Assembly (NCBI GenBank): GCA_038214755.1
Contig: JBBQRQ010000021.1
Coordinates: 1 to 58,457 of the forward strand
From: Verrucomicrobiota bacterium
GTDB lineage: Bacteria; Verrucomicrobiota; Verrucomicrobiia; Limisphaerales; CANJXF01
Direction of reading: 5' to 3'
DNA length: 58,457 bases
Part shown: positions 19,707-29,892 of the stretch, in pieces
How the letters are laid out: each line of letters opens with the position of its first letter
Position numbering within the stretch: the stretch's first letter is position 1
Notes under the pieces: model-generated
What the model saw: only the letters and a program-made list of their open reading frames with translations
What the model was told of the DNA's origin: nothing
Database searches by the model: none
Made by a program: the position numbers and the translations under genes

Positions 19707-21491
19707 TCACCTTTTCGGAACACTCAGGCTGTCCTCAACTGCCATGAAGAGCGGCCACGGAAATTCAAAAATCATTCTCGCGCCGTCGCGGGTGATCGCG
19801 GTGTAGCGTGTGCCGAACTCGGTGAAACCGCCGAATTGGAGGGACAACGTTTCGGTTTTATCGGAGCGTTTAAGTTCAATCGCAAGAGTGTGGTCAGCCT
19901 CTTTGAATCCGAATCGATCCAGATTTTTTTCGTCGGGCGAGATCCAAAACACCGCTCTCAACTCGCCGAGACGATAAAGAAGCTCGTTAAAAGAAAAGGG
20001 ATTGATCATTCCTTGCGAGCCGGGCGCGAACGTCCACTCACCTTTGGCGTTGCGAATAATTTTTCGCTCCCGGCCTTGCTGATGAATGGTCACACTGGCG
20101 ACTTCGTTCGACGTAAAACTCCAGATGCGCCGGTCGCGAAATTGCCAAGAAGCGCGCGGCAAGCGGGCATAAATATCGGCCTGCATTGAATTCACCGCGT
20201 CGGGATATTCGTCGAGTCGGCGGACGAAAACTTTTTCAGATTGATTAGTGCCAAAAACGATTTGCGCGAGAATGGGATTGGAAGCGCCGACGGTTCGCAA
20301 AGTGTATTCCAACGCAGGGGGCGCCAGACCGTAAGATGCGAAATCGGTCACGGGGTCTTTTTCAAAATCAATTTGGGCGCGGCTGAACAAGTTCAAGACC
20401 TCCCGTACCAGGTCCGAATCAACTAAAAAATTTGTGACGCCGCTGATGGCCCAGGAATTTCCGGCGCGTTGCAAAGTGAATTGGTCATCACCGCGCACGT
20501 CGATTTGGGCCACATCTTTTGTCGGAAAATTCACGAGGCTCCGATCGATAAAATTAGTCGGCGAACCGCGCCAGGCTTCCAGCGGTTCGCGGGGCACGAG
20601 GAAAATATGATTTTGATTTGGCAGCCGCGCGAAAACTTGCGACGGGTCGTTTGTCGGACTGCGCCCAACCTGGAGCGTCGCAAAAATATTCGTGTCGGTG
20701 GCGAAAGAAATTTCCAGTTCGGGCGTGAGCAATCCAAAGGCGTCGAGGTCCGGTTGAGGATTATCGGTTTCAAATTTTGAGATTTGGAGCGCGGCGGTTT
20801 TTTTCAACAACTCCAGGATTTTGGAGTCGTCGGCATGCGCTTGTTGCGGAGCGGTCACGCGCCAGGACTGGTTGGTGCGGGTCAACGCGAAAATTTTATT
20901 TCCGGCGCGAGCTTTTATGACGTTGATGGACGGGGGCAGGCGAAGCAAATTTGGGTCGCGCCAATCGCTGGGAGACTGTGGCAAAAAATTCAAGAACTCC
21001 GAATCTACGAGGTAAACTCCGGCGTCGCCCACGACTTGCAGATATATTTGCCGACCCACCGGTGTGTTGGTGCCGATGAGCAAATTGACTAAAACTTCCT
21101 CGCCGCGCCGCGCCGTCAGTGAAACCAGCGGAGTGGCAAAACCAAATTCCTCTTGCGCCTTGGGCCGGCTTTTTAATTCCCCCGGAGTGATGCGCGCCTG
21201 CCAATTTAGATCCGCCAGCGCTTGAAAAAGTTTTTCGATTTTCTCCGGCGCGGCGGGATAAATCAGAGGGCTGGTCAGGAGCCACGAATCGTTCGTCCGT
21301 TCCGCGCGAATTTCCCAGTGGCCCGCGCGGAGAACTTCGATCTGAGTCGCCGCGTTAGTTTTGAGGTCGCGGAAAATTTTTGTCGTGCGCGCCGCGTTGT
21401 CTTGTTCGCGAAAAGGATGTTCGACAAAAAAAATAAATCCGAAAAGCAGTCCGGCAATTGCGACGCAAGTCCATGTCGTTTTTGAATTCAT
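19707..21491 (-). CDS. DUF4340 domain protein (repeated domains)
   Basis: N-terminal TM; repeated FGL..P, W.L..P and WRD motifs; follows gldG-like gene. Confidence 0.8.
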   Translation of the reverse strand: MNSKTTWTCVAIAGLLFGFIFFVEHPFREQDNAARTTKIFRDLKTNAATQIEVLRAGHWEIRAERTNDSWLLTSPLIYPAAPEKIEKLFQALADLNWQARITPGELKSRPKAQEEFGFATPLVSLTARRGEEVLVNLLIGTNTPVGRQIYLQVVGDAGVYLVDSEFLNFLPQSPSDWRDPNLLRLPPSINVIKARAGNKIFALTRTNQSWRVTAPQQAHADDSKILELLKKTAALQISKFETDNPQPDLDAFGLLTPELEISFATDTNIFATLQVGRSPTNDPSQVFARLPNQNHIFLVPREPLEAWRGSPTNFIDRSLVNFPTKDVAQIDVRGDDQFTLQRAGNSWAISGVTNFLVDSDLVREVLNLFSRAQIDFEKDPVTDFASYGLAPPALEYTLRTVGASNPILAQIVFGTNQSEKVFVRRLDEYPDAVNSMQADIYARLPRASWQFRDRRIWSFTSNEVASVTIHQQGRERKIIRNAKGEWTFAPGSQGMINPFSFNELLYRLGELRAVFWISPDEKNLDRFGFKEADHTLAIELKRSDKTETLSLQFGGFTEFGTRYTAITRDGARMIFEFPWPLFMAVEDSLSVPKR

Positions 21492-21501
21492 CGAGCGACT
21501 C

Positions 21502-22144
21502 AGAGTTTAAAGTTCAAAGTTTAAAGTTCAAAGTTGGAGAGGGTCACGGGTGTGATTAAGCGGCGGTCACGATCAGTGGTGTTAAAAGCGGCGGAGGGCC
21601 GCCGCACTCCAAGACGCTGGCGCGAATTTCGACGGTGCATGAATATCGCGATAGCGTCTTGGAGTGCGCCAGCCCTCTGGCGCTCTCGTTCTGACCGCCA
21701 GTTTAAATCACACGCGCGGCTCGCATGTCGAGTGCATCTGACGGGATTGTTGTCCAAATGGAAAGAAGCGCGGACAGCGTTGTCCGCGTGAATCCAGAAA
21801 GGTGAAAACGTCTGGATTTTTGTCCGTTTCAAAACTCGCGGACAAGGCTGTCCGCACTCCACTCGCAAAGTAGCGCAGTGCGTTTCGCCTGCGCCGGAGG
21901 CGCATCTCACTAAATTGCCGGTTGCAAATTTTAGGAAAAAGGGGAAAACGGAACGCCGATCTCCAGATCGGCATTGGAATGCTCCCCATTTTCCGCGAGC
22001 CGATCGGGAGATCGGCGTTCCGTTATTTTGCGAGAAATTGAGATGCGCCCTTGCGCCGGTAGCACCTTCCTTTTTCCATGCGCAGGCGAGACGCACTGCG
22101 CTACTTTTTTGACTTTGAACTTTGAACATTAAACTTTGAACTTC
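21502..22144. repeat. Composite repeat cluster: inverted heptamer arrays enclosing O(L), F and G(E-shell(H)) elements
   Basis: aaagtty arrays at 21502-21536 and their inverse at 22110-22144; O 21548-21715, L 21585-21684, F 21765-21860, G 21870-22104, E-type termini 21899-22050, H 21947-22024. Confidence 0.85.
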
Positions 22145-22151
22145 TCTGGGG

Positions 22152-23678
22152 TCAGTTCCGTCGCCCCAGCCAAACGAGTCCGCCGATCAACAAAACCGCG
22201 CCCGGCATTCCAGCGAGCAAAATCCATTTTAGTTTCGTCATTTGGGTGGGAGTCAGAACGAGTTTGTATTCCTTGATCGGACGCGGACCGATGCCCGCGA
22301 GCAACATTTGCGGCTGATCGACCAGCCAGTTGACGGCGGCGTTGGCGAAATAATGATTTGCCGCCGTGTCGAGATGCTGATTGTCGAAACAAAGCGAATC
22401 GCCCAGGACGAGGATGCGCGTGACCCCGCGCTCGGTGCTGACGTTTTTGATGGAGCCGTATTCCACCGCGACCATCAACTCAAACGCCCCCGTTAATTCG
22501 TGGGCTTCGAAGGTCCCATCGGCGGTCTGAGTTTTGTATCGTGCCACTGCGTTCGTGCTGGTGGTGGCAAGGATTTCAACCTGGGGCGCATCGGCCGTTC
22601 GTGCGCCCGCGATGGGCTTGGTGGGAAAAACGGTGCGGGGCGAAATGAGATAAATTTGCAGCCCTTCCGACGCAATGGGTTTGAAAATGGGATGATTGCC
22701 ATTGACCTGCGCGGGAACCAGATCGGAACCATCCGTGGAAAATTTCCGATCTTCCAAAAGATAACCGAGGACGCCGACATTCCATTTGGTCAAAACTTTT
22801 TCGATGCCCGAATCGCCGCCGGAAGAAACATTATTTAAAAGCACGAGGAGGCGACGGCCTTGCTTGAGATAGTTTTCGATTTTGGCCAGTTCCGCTTCAT
22901 CGAAACGCGCTTTGCTGGGGCCGGCAATAATGAGGAGGTTGCAATCGGCGGGAAGGTCGTTGGTGCCGAACAAAGAAAGTTTTTCCCAATCGATATTGGA
23001 TTGGTCTTTGAGGATGGCCGCGAACTTGGCGTAGCCCTGATCGTGGCCGCTGTTTTCGGGATCGTTTTCGCCGTGGCCGTAAACGAAATAGGCTTTGGTT
23101 TTGCGCGAGTCAGTCACCGCAAAAATCGCCGAAGAAAAAAGTAATTCACCTTTAAAGGCGTTGCGCCGAACGGAATTGCTTTGCCCGGAGAGCACGGAGT
23201 TCAGGTCGTAATCGTAGAGTTCGTTGCCGTAAATAACTTTCGATTTTCCGCCCGAATCGAACACGACGAAGTTTTTGTCCTTGAGGTTGGCCAGTTTGTA
23301 TTTGGCCAGAATGGTCCCCGCTTTTCCGGGCGAGCGTGTGTAGTCGATGCTTTGAACGGTGATGTTCGGATTGGCGTAGCTGTATTGTTTGAGCAAGCCG
23401 AGCGTGAGGCTGTAAATCTCTTCGTTCGCTTGTTGATCGAAAAAAATGGTGACATCGATTTTGTTGGTGCGCTGAAGAAGGGAAATGGTTTGGGGCGAGA
23501 GCGTCGAAAGAGAATTGGCGCTGAGTTGGAGGCGTTTGAAATGCCCGGCAGCGAGATAGTTGGCCATGGCCACGAGCACCAAAACCGCAATGACGCCGAC
23601 AATCAGGTTGAACCACTTCAACCAGCGGCGGCTCGGGGAGAAACTGGGTTTGGCAGTGGCGTCCATTTTCATTTCCAA
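22152..23678 (-). CDS. GldG-like ABC transporter auxiliary protein
   Basis: N- and C-terminal TMs, TLSPQT, YFVYGHGE, LIIAGP, ILVLGDS and AVNWL. Confidence 0.85.
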   Translation of the reverse strand: MEMKMDATAKPSFSPSRRWLKWFNLIVGVIAVLVLVAMANYLAAGHFKRLQLSANSLSTLSPQTISLLQRTNKIDVTIFFDQQANEEIYSLTLGLLKQYSYANPNITVQSIDYTRSPGKAGTILAKYKLANLKDKNFVVFDSGGKSKVIYGNELYDYDLNSVLSGQSNSVRRNAFKGELLFSSAIFAVTDSRKTKAYFVYGHGENDPENSGHDQGYAKFAAILKDQSNIDWEKLSLFGTNDLPADCNLLIIAGPSKARFDEAELAKIENYLKQGRRLLVLLNNVSSGGDSGIEKVLTKWNVGVLGYLLEDRKFSTDGSDLVPAQVNGNHPIFKPIASEGLQIYLISPRTVFPTKPIAGARTADAPQVEILATTSTNAVARYKTQTADGTFEAHELTGAFELMVAVEYGSIKNVSTERGVTRILVLGDSLCFDNQHLDTAANHYFANAAVNWLVDQPQMLLAGIGPRPIKEYKLVLTPTQMTKLKWILLAGMPGAVLLIGGLVWLGRRN

Positions 23679-24424
23679 CGGCGGCTTTCAATGACGCGAT
23701 AAGTCAGGAACAGAAAAAAAATGGTGAGGCTTAAATAAAAAACGATGTAACGCGTGTCGATAATCCCGCGGGTAAAATCGCGCATTTGTTCCCGCATCGC
23801 CACATAGCTGAGCGCCTGCGCTCCCCAGGTTTTTCCGATGTTGATTTGTTCGGACAAAAAACTCAGCAGAAAAAAAGTGATGCCGATAACAAAGCTGATC
23901 ATCGCGGCAATGATTTGACTGCGGGTCAAAGCGGAAGCAAAACAGCCGAGGGACATGTAGAGACAACCGATTAGAAAAATTCCGAGATAAGTGCTGGCGG
24001 CAATTGGAAGATCAAAGCCCGCGCTTTCGTGGGTAAAATATCGGACTAACAAAATACATCCCAGTAACGGCAGCCACATCACCATGTAAAAAATCATCGC
24101 CGCGAAAAATTTCGCGAGCACCACTTGCAAATCGCCGACGGGCGTTGTCATCAATGTTTCAAAAGTGCCGGAATATTTTTCCAGCGCGAAGAGACGCATC
24201 GTGATCACTGGTGCGGAGAGCAGCAGAATCAGCCAGAAGAAGGCGGTGACGTAAAAAATTTCGGTGACGGGCATCGGCGTCGCTTCGCCGTTCAGATTGT
24301 TGAGGAGGATGACGAAGCTCAGTCCCATTTGGAAAACGGCGGCGGCGATGATGACGTAGCCGGTGAGCGAGACGAAAAATCCGGCCAGCTCGCGACGGGT
24401 CAAAGTCAGGAAGGCTTGCATCAA
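23669..24424 (-). CDS. GldF-like ABC-2 permease
   Basis: RRELAGFF.S..GY, PVITMRLFALE..GTFETLMTTP, GIIDTR, ESRRWK. Confidence 0.9.
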   Translation of the reverse strand: MMQAFLTLTRRELAGFFVSLTGYVIIAAAVFQMGLSFVILLNNLNGEATPMPVTEIFYVTAFFWLILLLSAPVITMRLFALEKYSGTFETLMTTPVGDLQVVLAKFFAAMIFYMVMWLPLLGCILLVRYFTHESAGFDLPIAASTYLGIFLIGCLYMSLGCFASALTRSQIIAAMISFVIGITFFLLSFLSEQINIGKTWGAQALSYVAMREQMRDFTRGIIDTRYIVFYLSLTIFFLFLTYRVIESRRWK

Positions 24425-25383
24425 GTCGCGTCCCCTTCGTGATCCGGTCGAGTCACGCGCATGTAAATGTCTTCGAGAGATTGCTGGCGGCGCGAGAGTT
24501 CACGCAGCATCCAGCCCCGCTCCTTCGCACGGGAAAAAATTTGCGCGCGCAGGTCTTCTCCATTGAGCGGAATAAGCGCGCAGCGAAAAAATTCTCCGTC
24601 AGCCGGTGCGATGTCGAAATGTTCAATCCCAGCCATTTCTTCCCAACAATTTTTTAACTCTTCGAGCGGCGCGGCGATCTCGGCGATGATTTGTCCGTCG
24701 CTCATGTCCTTGCGCAGATTTTCCGAAGTGTCCGAGACCAGAATTTTTCCGCCGCGCATGATCATCACCCGATTGCAGGTCATTTCAACTTCGGACAAAA
24801 TGTGGGTTGAAATCAGGACGGTATGATTGCCGCCGAGATTTTTGATGAGTTGACGCACGGAGCGAATTTGATGCGGGTCGAGGCCGATGGTCGGCTCGTC
24901 GAGAATGATCAATTCCGGTTCATGCACGAGCGCATCGGCCAAACCGACGCGCTGGCGATAACCCTTCGAGAGGTGGCCGATGATTTTTTTCTGCACATCG
25001 GTCAAACCGCATTGTTGCAGCACGACGTCGACTCGTTCGCGCGAACGACGAATGCCAAGACCTTTCAAGCGCGCGCGGAATTTTAAATATTCCCGCACGC
25101 GCATTTCGGGATGGAGCGGATTATTTTCCGGCATGTAACCGATGCGGCGGCGAACTTCATCCGCCTGGAAAAAAACATCGAAACCGGCGACGCGCGCGGT
25201 GCCGGAGTTGGCGGGAAGAAAGCAGGAAAGAATTCGCATGGTGGTGCTTTTGCCCGCGCCATTTTCGCCGAGGAGTCCAACGATTTCCCCGCGCCCCACC
25301 GAAAATGAGAGATCAGAAATTGCCGTGTTCCCCGCGTATCGCTTGGTCAAATTGGAAACTTCGATCATCGGTCCAGTGCTCAT
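24421..25383 (-). CDS. GldA-like ABC ATP-binding protein
   Basis: GENGAGKST, LSKGYRQRVG, ILDEPT, STH. Confidence 0.93.
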   Translation of the reverse strand: MSTGPMIEVSNLTKRYAGNTAISDLSFSVGRGEIVGLLGENGAGKSTTMRILSCFLPANSGTARVAGFDVFFQADEVRRRIGYMPENNPLHPEMRVREYLKFRARLKGLGIRRSRERVDVVLQQCGLTDVQKKIIGHLSKGYRQRVGLADALVHEPELIILDEPTIGLDPHQIRSVRQLIKNLGGNHTVLISTHILSEVEMTCNRVMIMRGGKILVSDTSENLRKDMSDGQIIAEIAAPLEELKNCWEEMAGIEHFDIAPADGEFFRCALIPLNGEDLRAQIFSRAKERGWMLRELSRRQQSLEDIYMRVTRPDHEGDAT

Positions 25384-25439
25384 TTTCAGAAAAACATTTT
25401 TAACCTATCACATCCAAACGCCGAACTTCGCTTTCGAAC

Positions 25440-25628
25440 GTAGCGTCGGGCATCCTGCCTGACGTAGAGCCGTGGCTTCCAGCCCGGCGGAAAACACCGT
25501 CATCCACCAACCGCTCCGAACTTTCTCTGAACGGTTCGACAAACCATAATTTCCAAAAACCATTTCACCGTTTCAGCCAGGCGGCGAGACGCGCGCCCTC
25601 TACGGCAGGCGAAGACGCCTGCCGCTAC
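25440..25628. repeat. Palindromic element family I (double GTAG-tipped arms)
   Basis: GTAGCGTCGGGCATCCTGCCTGACGTAGAG...CTCTACGGCAGGCGAAGACGCCTGCCGCTAC. Confidence 0.75.
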
Positions 25629-25650
25629 AATCCATTTCATCACGGAGAAG

Positions 25651-27024
25651 TTAACGGACAACGACCCGCGTCGTCGCTTGCTCCACAAAAAAATTGCCAG
25701 GCCTGCCTCGAATGGCGGTGACGCCGAGCGGAATTGCCGCGCCAGGTTTTTTTCCGTAAAAGATTTTCGCGGCCTCGACAAGGTTCGCTGGAATTTCGCG
25801 GTCAATACTCTCGATGATAAATCCGCGTTGGAGTCCTGCTTTTTCGGCGGGGCTGTTCGGGTCGATTCCCGCCACGATGAATCCCTGTCGCGTAGCTCGC
25901 TCCAGATACTGTTGCAGGTCGGGAGTGATTTCCTGGAGTGTTGCGCCAATTTTTTTGCGAATTAAATCCGCGTTGAAAACATTTTTTTGAGCGATCAACC
26001 GAACAGATGAGTTGATCCGCTCATGGGCGCGCGCCAGTTCGAGAGGAATCACCGTCTCCTTGTTATTTTTTTGTTGGTCGGTCAGGCGCAAAAACTCCAC
26101 GACGAACTCGATAAAATTGCGCGGAGATTTCCCGCCGATTTCTGAAATGACATCGTCTTTGCGCAGACCAGCTTTTTCAGCGGGGCTGCCCGATTCCACC
26201 GCGGAAATTTTCAAAGCGCCCGCTCTGGAAATAATTTTCGCGCCGAACCACAGCGGTTGATTGTTTTCCTGGGAGGTGAAAATTTCCGAGAGCGCTTCGG
26301 CCACGCGGCGAATGGGAATGGCGAAACCGATGCCCTGCGCGTTTTGCTCGCGGTAAACCGCCACGTTCAAACCGATTAATTCTCCACGCACATTGACAAG
26401 CGGCCCGCCGCTGTTGCCTGGATTGATCGCTGCATCGGTTTGCAACCAATCTTTGTAATCGAGCGGGCCTTGATCGGTCTCGGGCCGACGCGTGGTGGAA
26501 CTTAAAATGCCGCGACTGACCGAGGAACCCAAGCCGAACGGATTGCCCAGCGCGACGACGGTTTCGCCGAGCAAGACATCATCATCGCGCGCGAAGGTTA
26601 TCGCGCGAAATTTCCCGACGCCGCGTGATTCGATTTTCAGCAGAGCCACATCAATGGTCGGGCTGACTGCGATGAGCTTTGCCGGATAAAAATTCGTGCC
26701 AATGGCGACTTCAATTCGCGTCGCGCGCTGGACCACATGACTGTTGGTCAGAATGTAACCGTCTTCGTCCACCAGCACTCCGGAGCCAAGGCTTTTGCGC
26801 TCGGCTTCATGTGCGGGACCATAAAAAGACCCGAGAGCGGTTTCCCATTGGTCTCGAACAATGATTCGTTGCAGTGTGCTGATGTTCACCACGGCGGGCC
26901 TGACTTTCTCGACGGCTTCGACCACGAAATCGCGCCGAATATCCACTTCGGCTTTCGCGACGAGAACAGTGAAAATACTGCAAATCAAAAACCAGCAGCG
27001 TAAAAATAAGAAAAAATTTCGCAT
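25651..27024 (-). CDS. HtrA/DegP-family serine protease with two PDZ domains
   Basis: LGSGV, ILTNSHVV, DVALLK, QTDAAINPGNSGGPL, and two SPAEKAGL PDZ motifs. Confidence 0.93.
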   Translation of the reverse strand: MRNFFLFLRCWFLICSIFTVLVAKAEVDIRRDFVVEAVEKVRPAVVNISTLQRIIVRDQWETALGSFYGPAHEAERKSLGSGVLVDEDGYILTNSHVVQRATRIEVAIGTNFYPAKLIAVSPTIDVALLKIESRGVGKFRAITFARDDDVLLGETVVALGNPFGLGSSVSRGILSSTTRRPETDQGPLDYKDWLQTDAAINPGNSGGPLVNVRGELIGLNVAVYREQNAQGIGFAIPIRRVAEALSEIFTSQENNQPLWFGAKIISRAGALKISAVESGSPAEKAGLRKDDVISEIGGKSPRNFIEFVVEFLRLTDQQKNNKETVIPLELARAHERINSSVRLIAQKNVFNADLIRKKIGATLQEITPDLQQYLERATRQGFIVAGIDPNSPAEKAGLQRGFIIESIDREIPANLVEAAKIFYGKKPGAAIPLGVTAIRGRPGNFFVEQATTRVVVR

Positions 27025-27065
27025 CGTTATTCAGACAGGCAGATCAAATTTTGTTCAGTAACAAA

Positions 27066-27258
27066 GTAGCGCAGTGCGTCTCGCCTGCGCCCGCCGTAAT
27101 TCTTGCCCCGCGCAGCGGGACGCACCGCGCTACTTGCGCCGTATCTACTTTGATCAGGTGTGTTCAAGATTTGTCGTTCAGCGTTTGCGCGCGTTTTGTC
27201 TTGCGCGCGTTCTGCCGGTTGCAAACCGGCGATACGGCAGGATTCAATCCTGCGCTAC
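27066..27258. repeat. Family G element (27066-27133) plus a family J arm (about 27213-27258)
   Basis: GTAGCGCAGTGCGTCTCGCCTGCG...CGCACCGCGCTAC; CCGGTTGCAAACCGGCGATACGGCAGGATTCAATCCTGCGCTAC. Confidence 0.8.
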
Positions 27259-27294
27259 GTTTTAAAAAAGAACCGGGCTTGACTTTGCGAAAGC

Positions 27295-28785
27295 ATGCAC
27301 GGAAAAGCAATGCCGGTGTCCCCGCTCGCCACAAATTTTTACGCCGATTGGCGGCAACAGGCTCGCTCCACTTTTTTGCGTGAGGGGTCGCCCGTGCCCG
27401 AACGGCTCTTGCAAATTGTGTGGCATCATCAACGGCTCCTGCGCGATCAATTGAAAACGTTGGACGGGAAAACAGTGCGAGTTCTTCACCCCGGTTTTTG
27501 GAATCACGAAGCGGGGCCGGACTTTCGCGGAGCGGTTTTGCAAATCGGCGAAGATCACGCAAAAAGCGGCGATGTCGAAATCGATTTGCGCTCGGAGGGC
27601 TGGAGAGATCACGGCCACGATAAAAATCCTAACTTTGCCAACGTTCTCCTGCACGTGGTCTGGGAAACGGACGACACGCGTGGAATTTCCGCGCCGACGC
27701 TGGCGTTGAAACCGTATCTCGATTCGCCCATCAACGAACTGGGTCTTTGGCTGGGCAGCGATTCGGCGCAAAAATTTCCGCTCGCTTCGATGGGTCAATG
27801 CTGCGCGCCGCTCGGTGAATTGTCGGAAGAAAAGTTGTCCGAGTTGCTTCAACAAGCGGCGTCGGTGCGGCTGCAACGCAAGGCCAATGATTTTCAAGCG
27901 CGCGCGCGCCAGGTCGGCTGGGAGCAATCGTTGTGGGAAGGAATTTTTCGCGCGCTCGGTTACAAACAAAATGTCTGGCCAATGCGGCGGCTCGCGGAAC
28001 TGCTGCCCAACGCGGATCTCGGAACTCTGAACTCGGAAAATTCCGCGTTCCCCGTTCCGCGTTCCGCATTGTCCTGGCAGGCGTGGTTGCTGGGTATGAG
28101 CGGACTGCTTCCGACGCAACCCGAAGAAAAGGAAAATGAATTTTATCTTCGCGAAATCTGGAATATCTGGTGGCGCGAACAACACTTAGCAAGCGACTCG
28201 ATTCTTCCGAAAAGTTTGTGGCGCTTCAACGGAATGCGCCCGGCGAATTTTCCACAACGCCGGCTCGCGCTGGTTTCGCACTGGCTCGCTGATGAGAAAT
28301 TTTTTTCCAAACTGGAAAACTGGTTTGTGGAAAAAACGTCGTCTCCATTGAATTCATTGCTCAAATTTTTGCAGGTCGAAGACGACGAATTTTGGTCGAG
28401 GCATTGGACGTTCCGCTCCCCGCGTTTGCCTCGACCGCAGCCGCTGATTGGCGCGGCGCGCGTTTCCGATCTGGCCGTCAATGTAATTCTTCCGTGGTTT
28501 TGGCAGCGCGCGGTCATTGGAAAAAACGAGGAATTGCGACAACGCGCCGAACAAATTTATTTCGACTGGCCCGCGGCCGAGGACAATTCGATTTTGCGTT
28601 TGGCGCGGCAACGTTTGCTCGGCGGCATAAAACGTCGGCGACTACCCAGTGCCGCCGCGCAACAAGGACTCCTCCAGATCGTCAAAGATTTTTGCGAAAA
28701 CTCCAACGCGATTTGCGCCGACTGCCGGTTTCCCGATTTAGTGCGCAGTTGGAATTTGACTGACTCTGTAGCGGCGCGGCTGTGA
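27295..28785 (+). CDS. DUF2851 family protein
   Basis: ERLLQIVW, PGFWNHEAGPDF, GDVEID..W..HGH..NPNF.NV.LHVVW, RPANFP.RR, QQGLLQI..FC...C..C. Confidence 0.85.
   Translation: MHGKAMPVSPLATNFYADWRQQARSTFLREGSPVPERLLQIVWHHQRLLRDQLKTLDGKTVRVLHPGFWNHEAGPDFRGAVLQIGEDHAKSGDVEIDLRSEGWRDHGHDKNPNFANVLLHVVWETDDTRGISAPTLALKPYLDSPINELGLWLGSDSAQKFPLASMGQCCAPLGELSEEKLSELLQQAASVRLQRKANDFQARARQVGWEQSLWEGIFRALGYKQNVWPMRRLAELLPNADLGTLNSENSAFPVPRSALSWQAWLLGMSGLLPTQPEEKENEFYLREIWNIWWREQHLASDSILPKSLWRFNGMRPANFPQRRLALVSHWLADEKFFSKLENWFVEKTSSPLNSLLKFLQVEDDEFWSRHWTFRSPRLPRPQPLIGAARVSDLAVNVILPWFWQRAVIGKNEELRQRAEQIYFDWPAAEDNSILRLARQRLLGGIKRRRLPSAAAQQGLLQIVKDFCENSNAICADCRFPDLVRSWNLTDSVAARL
28014..28070. repeat. Heptamer arrays in frame in the DUF2851 gene
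   Basis: ggatctc ggaactc tgaactc ggaaaat tccgcgt tccccgt tccgcgt tccgcat. Confidence 0.6.
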
Positions 28786-29128
28786 CCGCCGCCCGTAGCC
28801 GCTGACGTGGGGATGCGGAGGTTGAGGGGGCGCATCTCAGTTTCTTGCAAATCGAGGACCCCTCTCATTAGCACCCGGCTGCAGCCGGGTGAACCGGAAC
28901 CGATTGCGACCCTCAACCGCTTTAGCGGTTTCCCGCAGGGAACAAACCGCTGAAGCGGTTGAACTCGCCTCACGACCTTAACACCCGGCTGAAGCCGGGT
29001 GCTAATGAGATTCGGAACGAACATTGCAAGAAACTGAGATGCGCCCATGTTGAGGGCATCGCTGGAATCCGCCTCCTCACGTCGGGGGCTACGGCCAAAA
29101 TTTGCGGCGGCCACAGACGCGCCGCTAC
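28768..29128. repeat. Triple-nested palindromic elements N(C(E))
   Basis: N arms GTAGCGGCGCGGCTGTGACCGCCGC / GCGGCGGCCACAGACGCGCCGCTAC; C arms at 28795 and 29068-29092; E at 28828-29046. Confidence 0.88.
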
Positions 29129-29130
29129 AG

Positions 29131-29892
29131 TTATGGGTGACCCAGAGTTGCGTCTAACTGCGCGAAGGGAGTGCTTCCGAAAGAAGAAGGTTGCTCGGCA
29201 GCGTTGGTGGAAATTTTTGCTGGCTTTTGCTCTTTTAAATCCGCTTCCGGCTCGCCGTTATTTTGCGCGTTCTTTTCTTCTTCGGCGCGCTCTTCCGCCA
29301 GTTCGATATCGCGTTCGGCTTGTCGCGGATTCTTGGCGCGCTTGTTTCGCGGCAAGGGACTCAACATCACGTTGAGACCTTTTCCGATGAGCTTGGGCGG
29401 GGCGTCTGGATGCCCGTATGGAGCGAGCGCCGCGATGAATTTTTGGATTTGTTGAAAGCCAAATTCTTTGTGCGCCATTTCACGTCCGCGAAAACGCAAC
29501 GTGACTTTCACCTTCATGTCTTCGCACAAAAAATTTACCGCGTGATTGAGCTTCACTCCGAAATCATGCGGGTCGATGTTCGCCGTCAGTTGAATTTCTT
29601 TAACCTTGTTGGCGTGCTGATGTTTTTTAGCGTCCTTGTCGCGCTTGGCCAATTCATAGCGGTATTTTCCAAAGTCAACCAGACGACACACCGGCGGCGT
29701 GGCGTTGGGCGCAATTTCCACGAGGTCAACCCCATTGGCGCGCGCTTGGTTGATGGCATCGCCGAGAGATAAGACACCGAGTTGCTCGCCCTTGACGCCG
29801 ATGACGCGGACTTCGCGGGCGCGGATTTTCCCGTTGACGCGAATAAAGGAAGCGGCGGAAGGAGCGGGACGAGGAGAATAAGGGCGACTCAA
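29131..29892 (-). CDS. infC: Translation initiation factor IF-3 (TTG start, long C-terminal tail)
   Basis: IRAREVRVI, DLVEIAPNATPPVCRLVDFGKYRYE, KVKVTLRFRGRE; GGTGAGG upstream of the TTG. Confidence 0.95.
   Translation of the reverse strand: MSRPYSPRPAPSAASFIRVNGKIRAREVRVIGVKGEQLGVLSLGDAINQARANGVDLVEIAPNATPPVCRLVDFGKYRYELAKRDKDAKKHQHANKVKEIQLTANIDPHDFGVKLNHAVNFLCEDMKVKVTLRFRGREMAHKEFGFQQIQKFIAALAPYGHPDAPPKLIGKGLNVMLSPLPRNKRAKNPRQAERDIELAEERAEEEKNAQNNGEPEADLKEQKPAKISTNAAEQPSSFGSTPFAQLDATLGHP

Noticed and set aside
21521..22129. 202-aa ORF, and likewise 28557-29114 and 53117-53533
   Set aside because: Composed largely of palindromic repeats; no transposase motifs.
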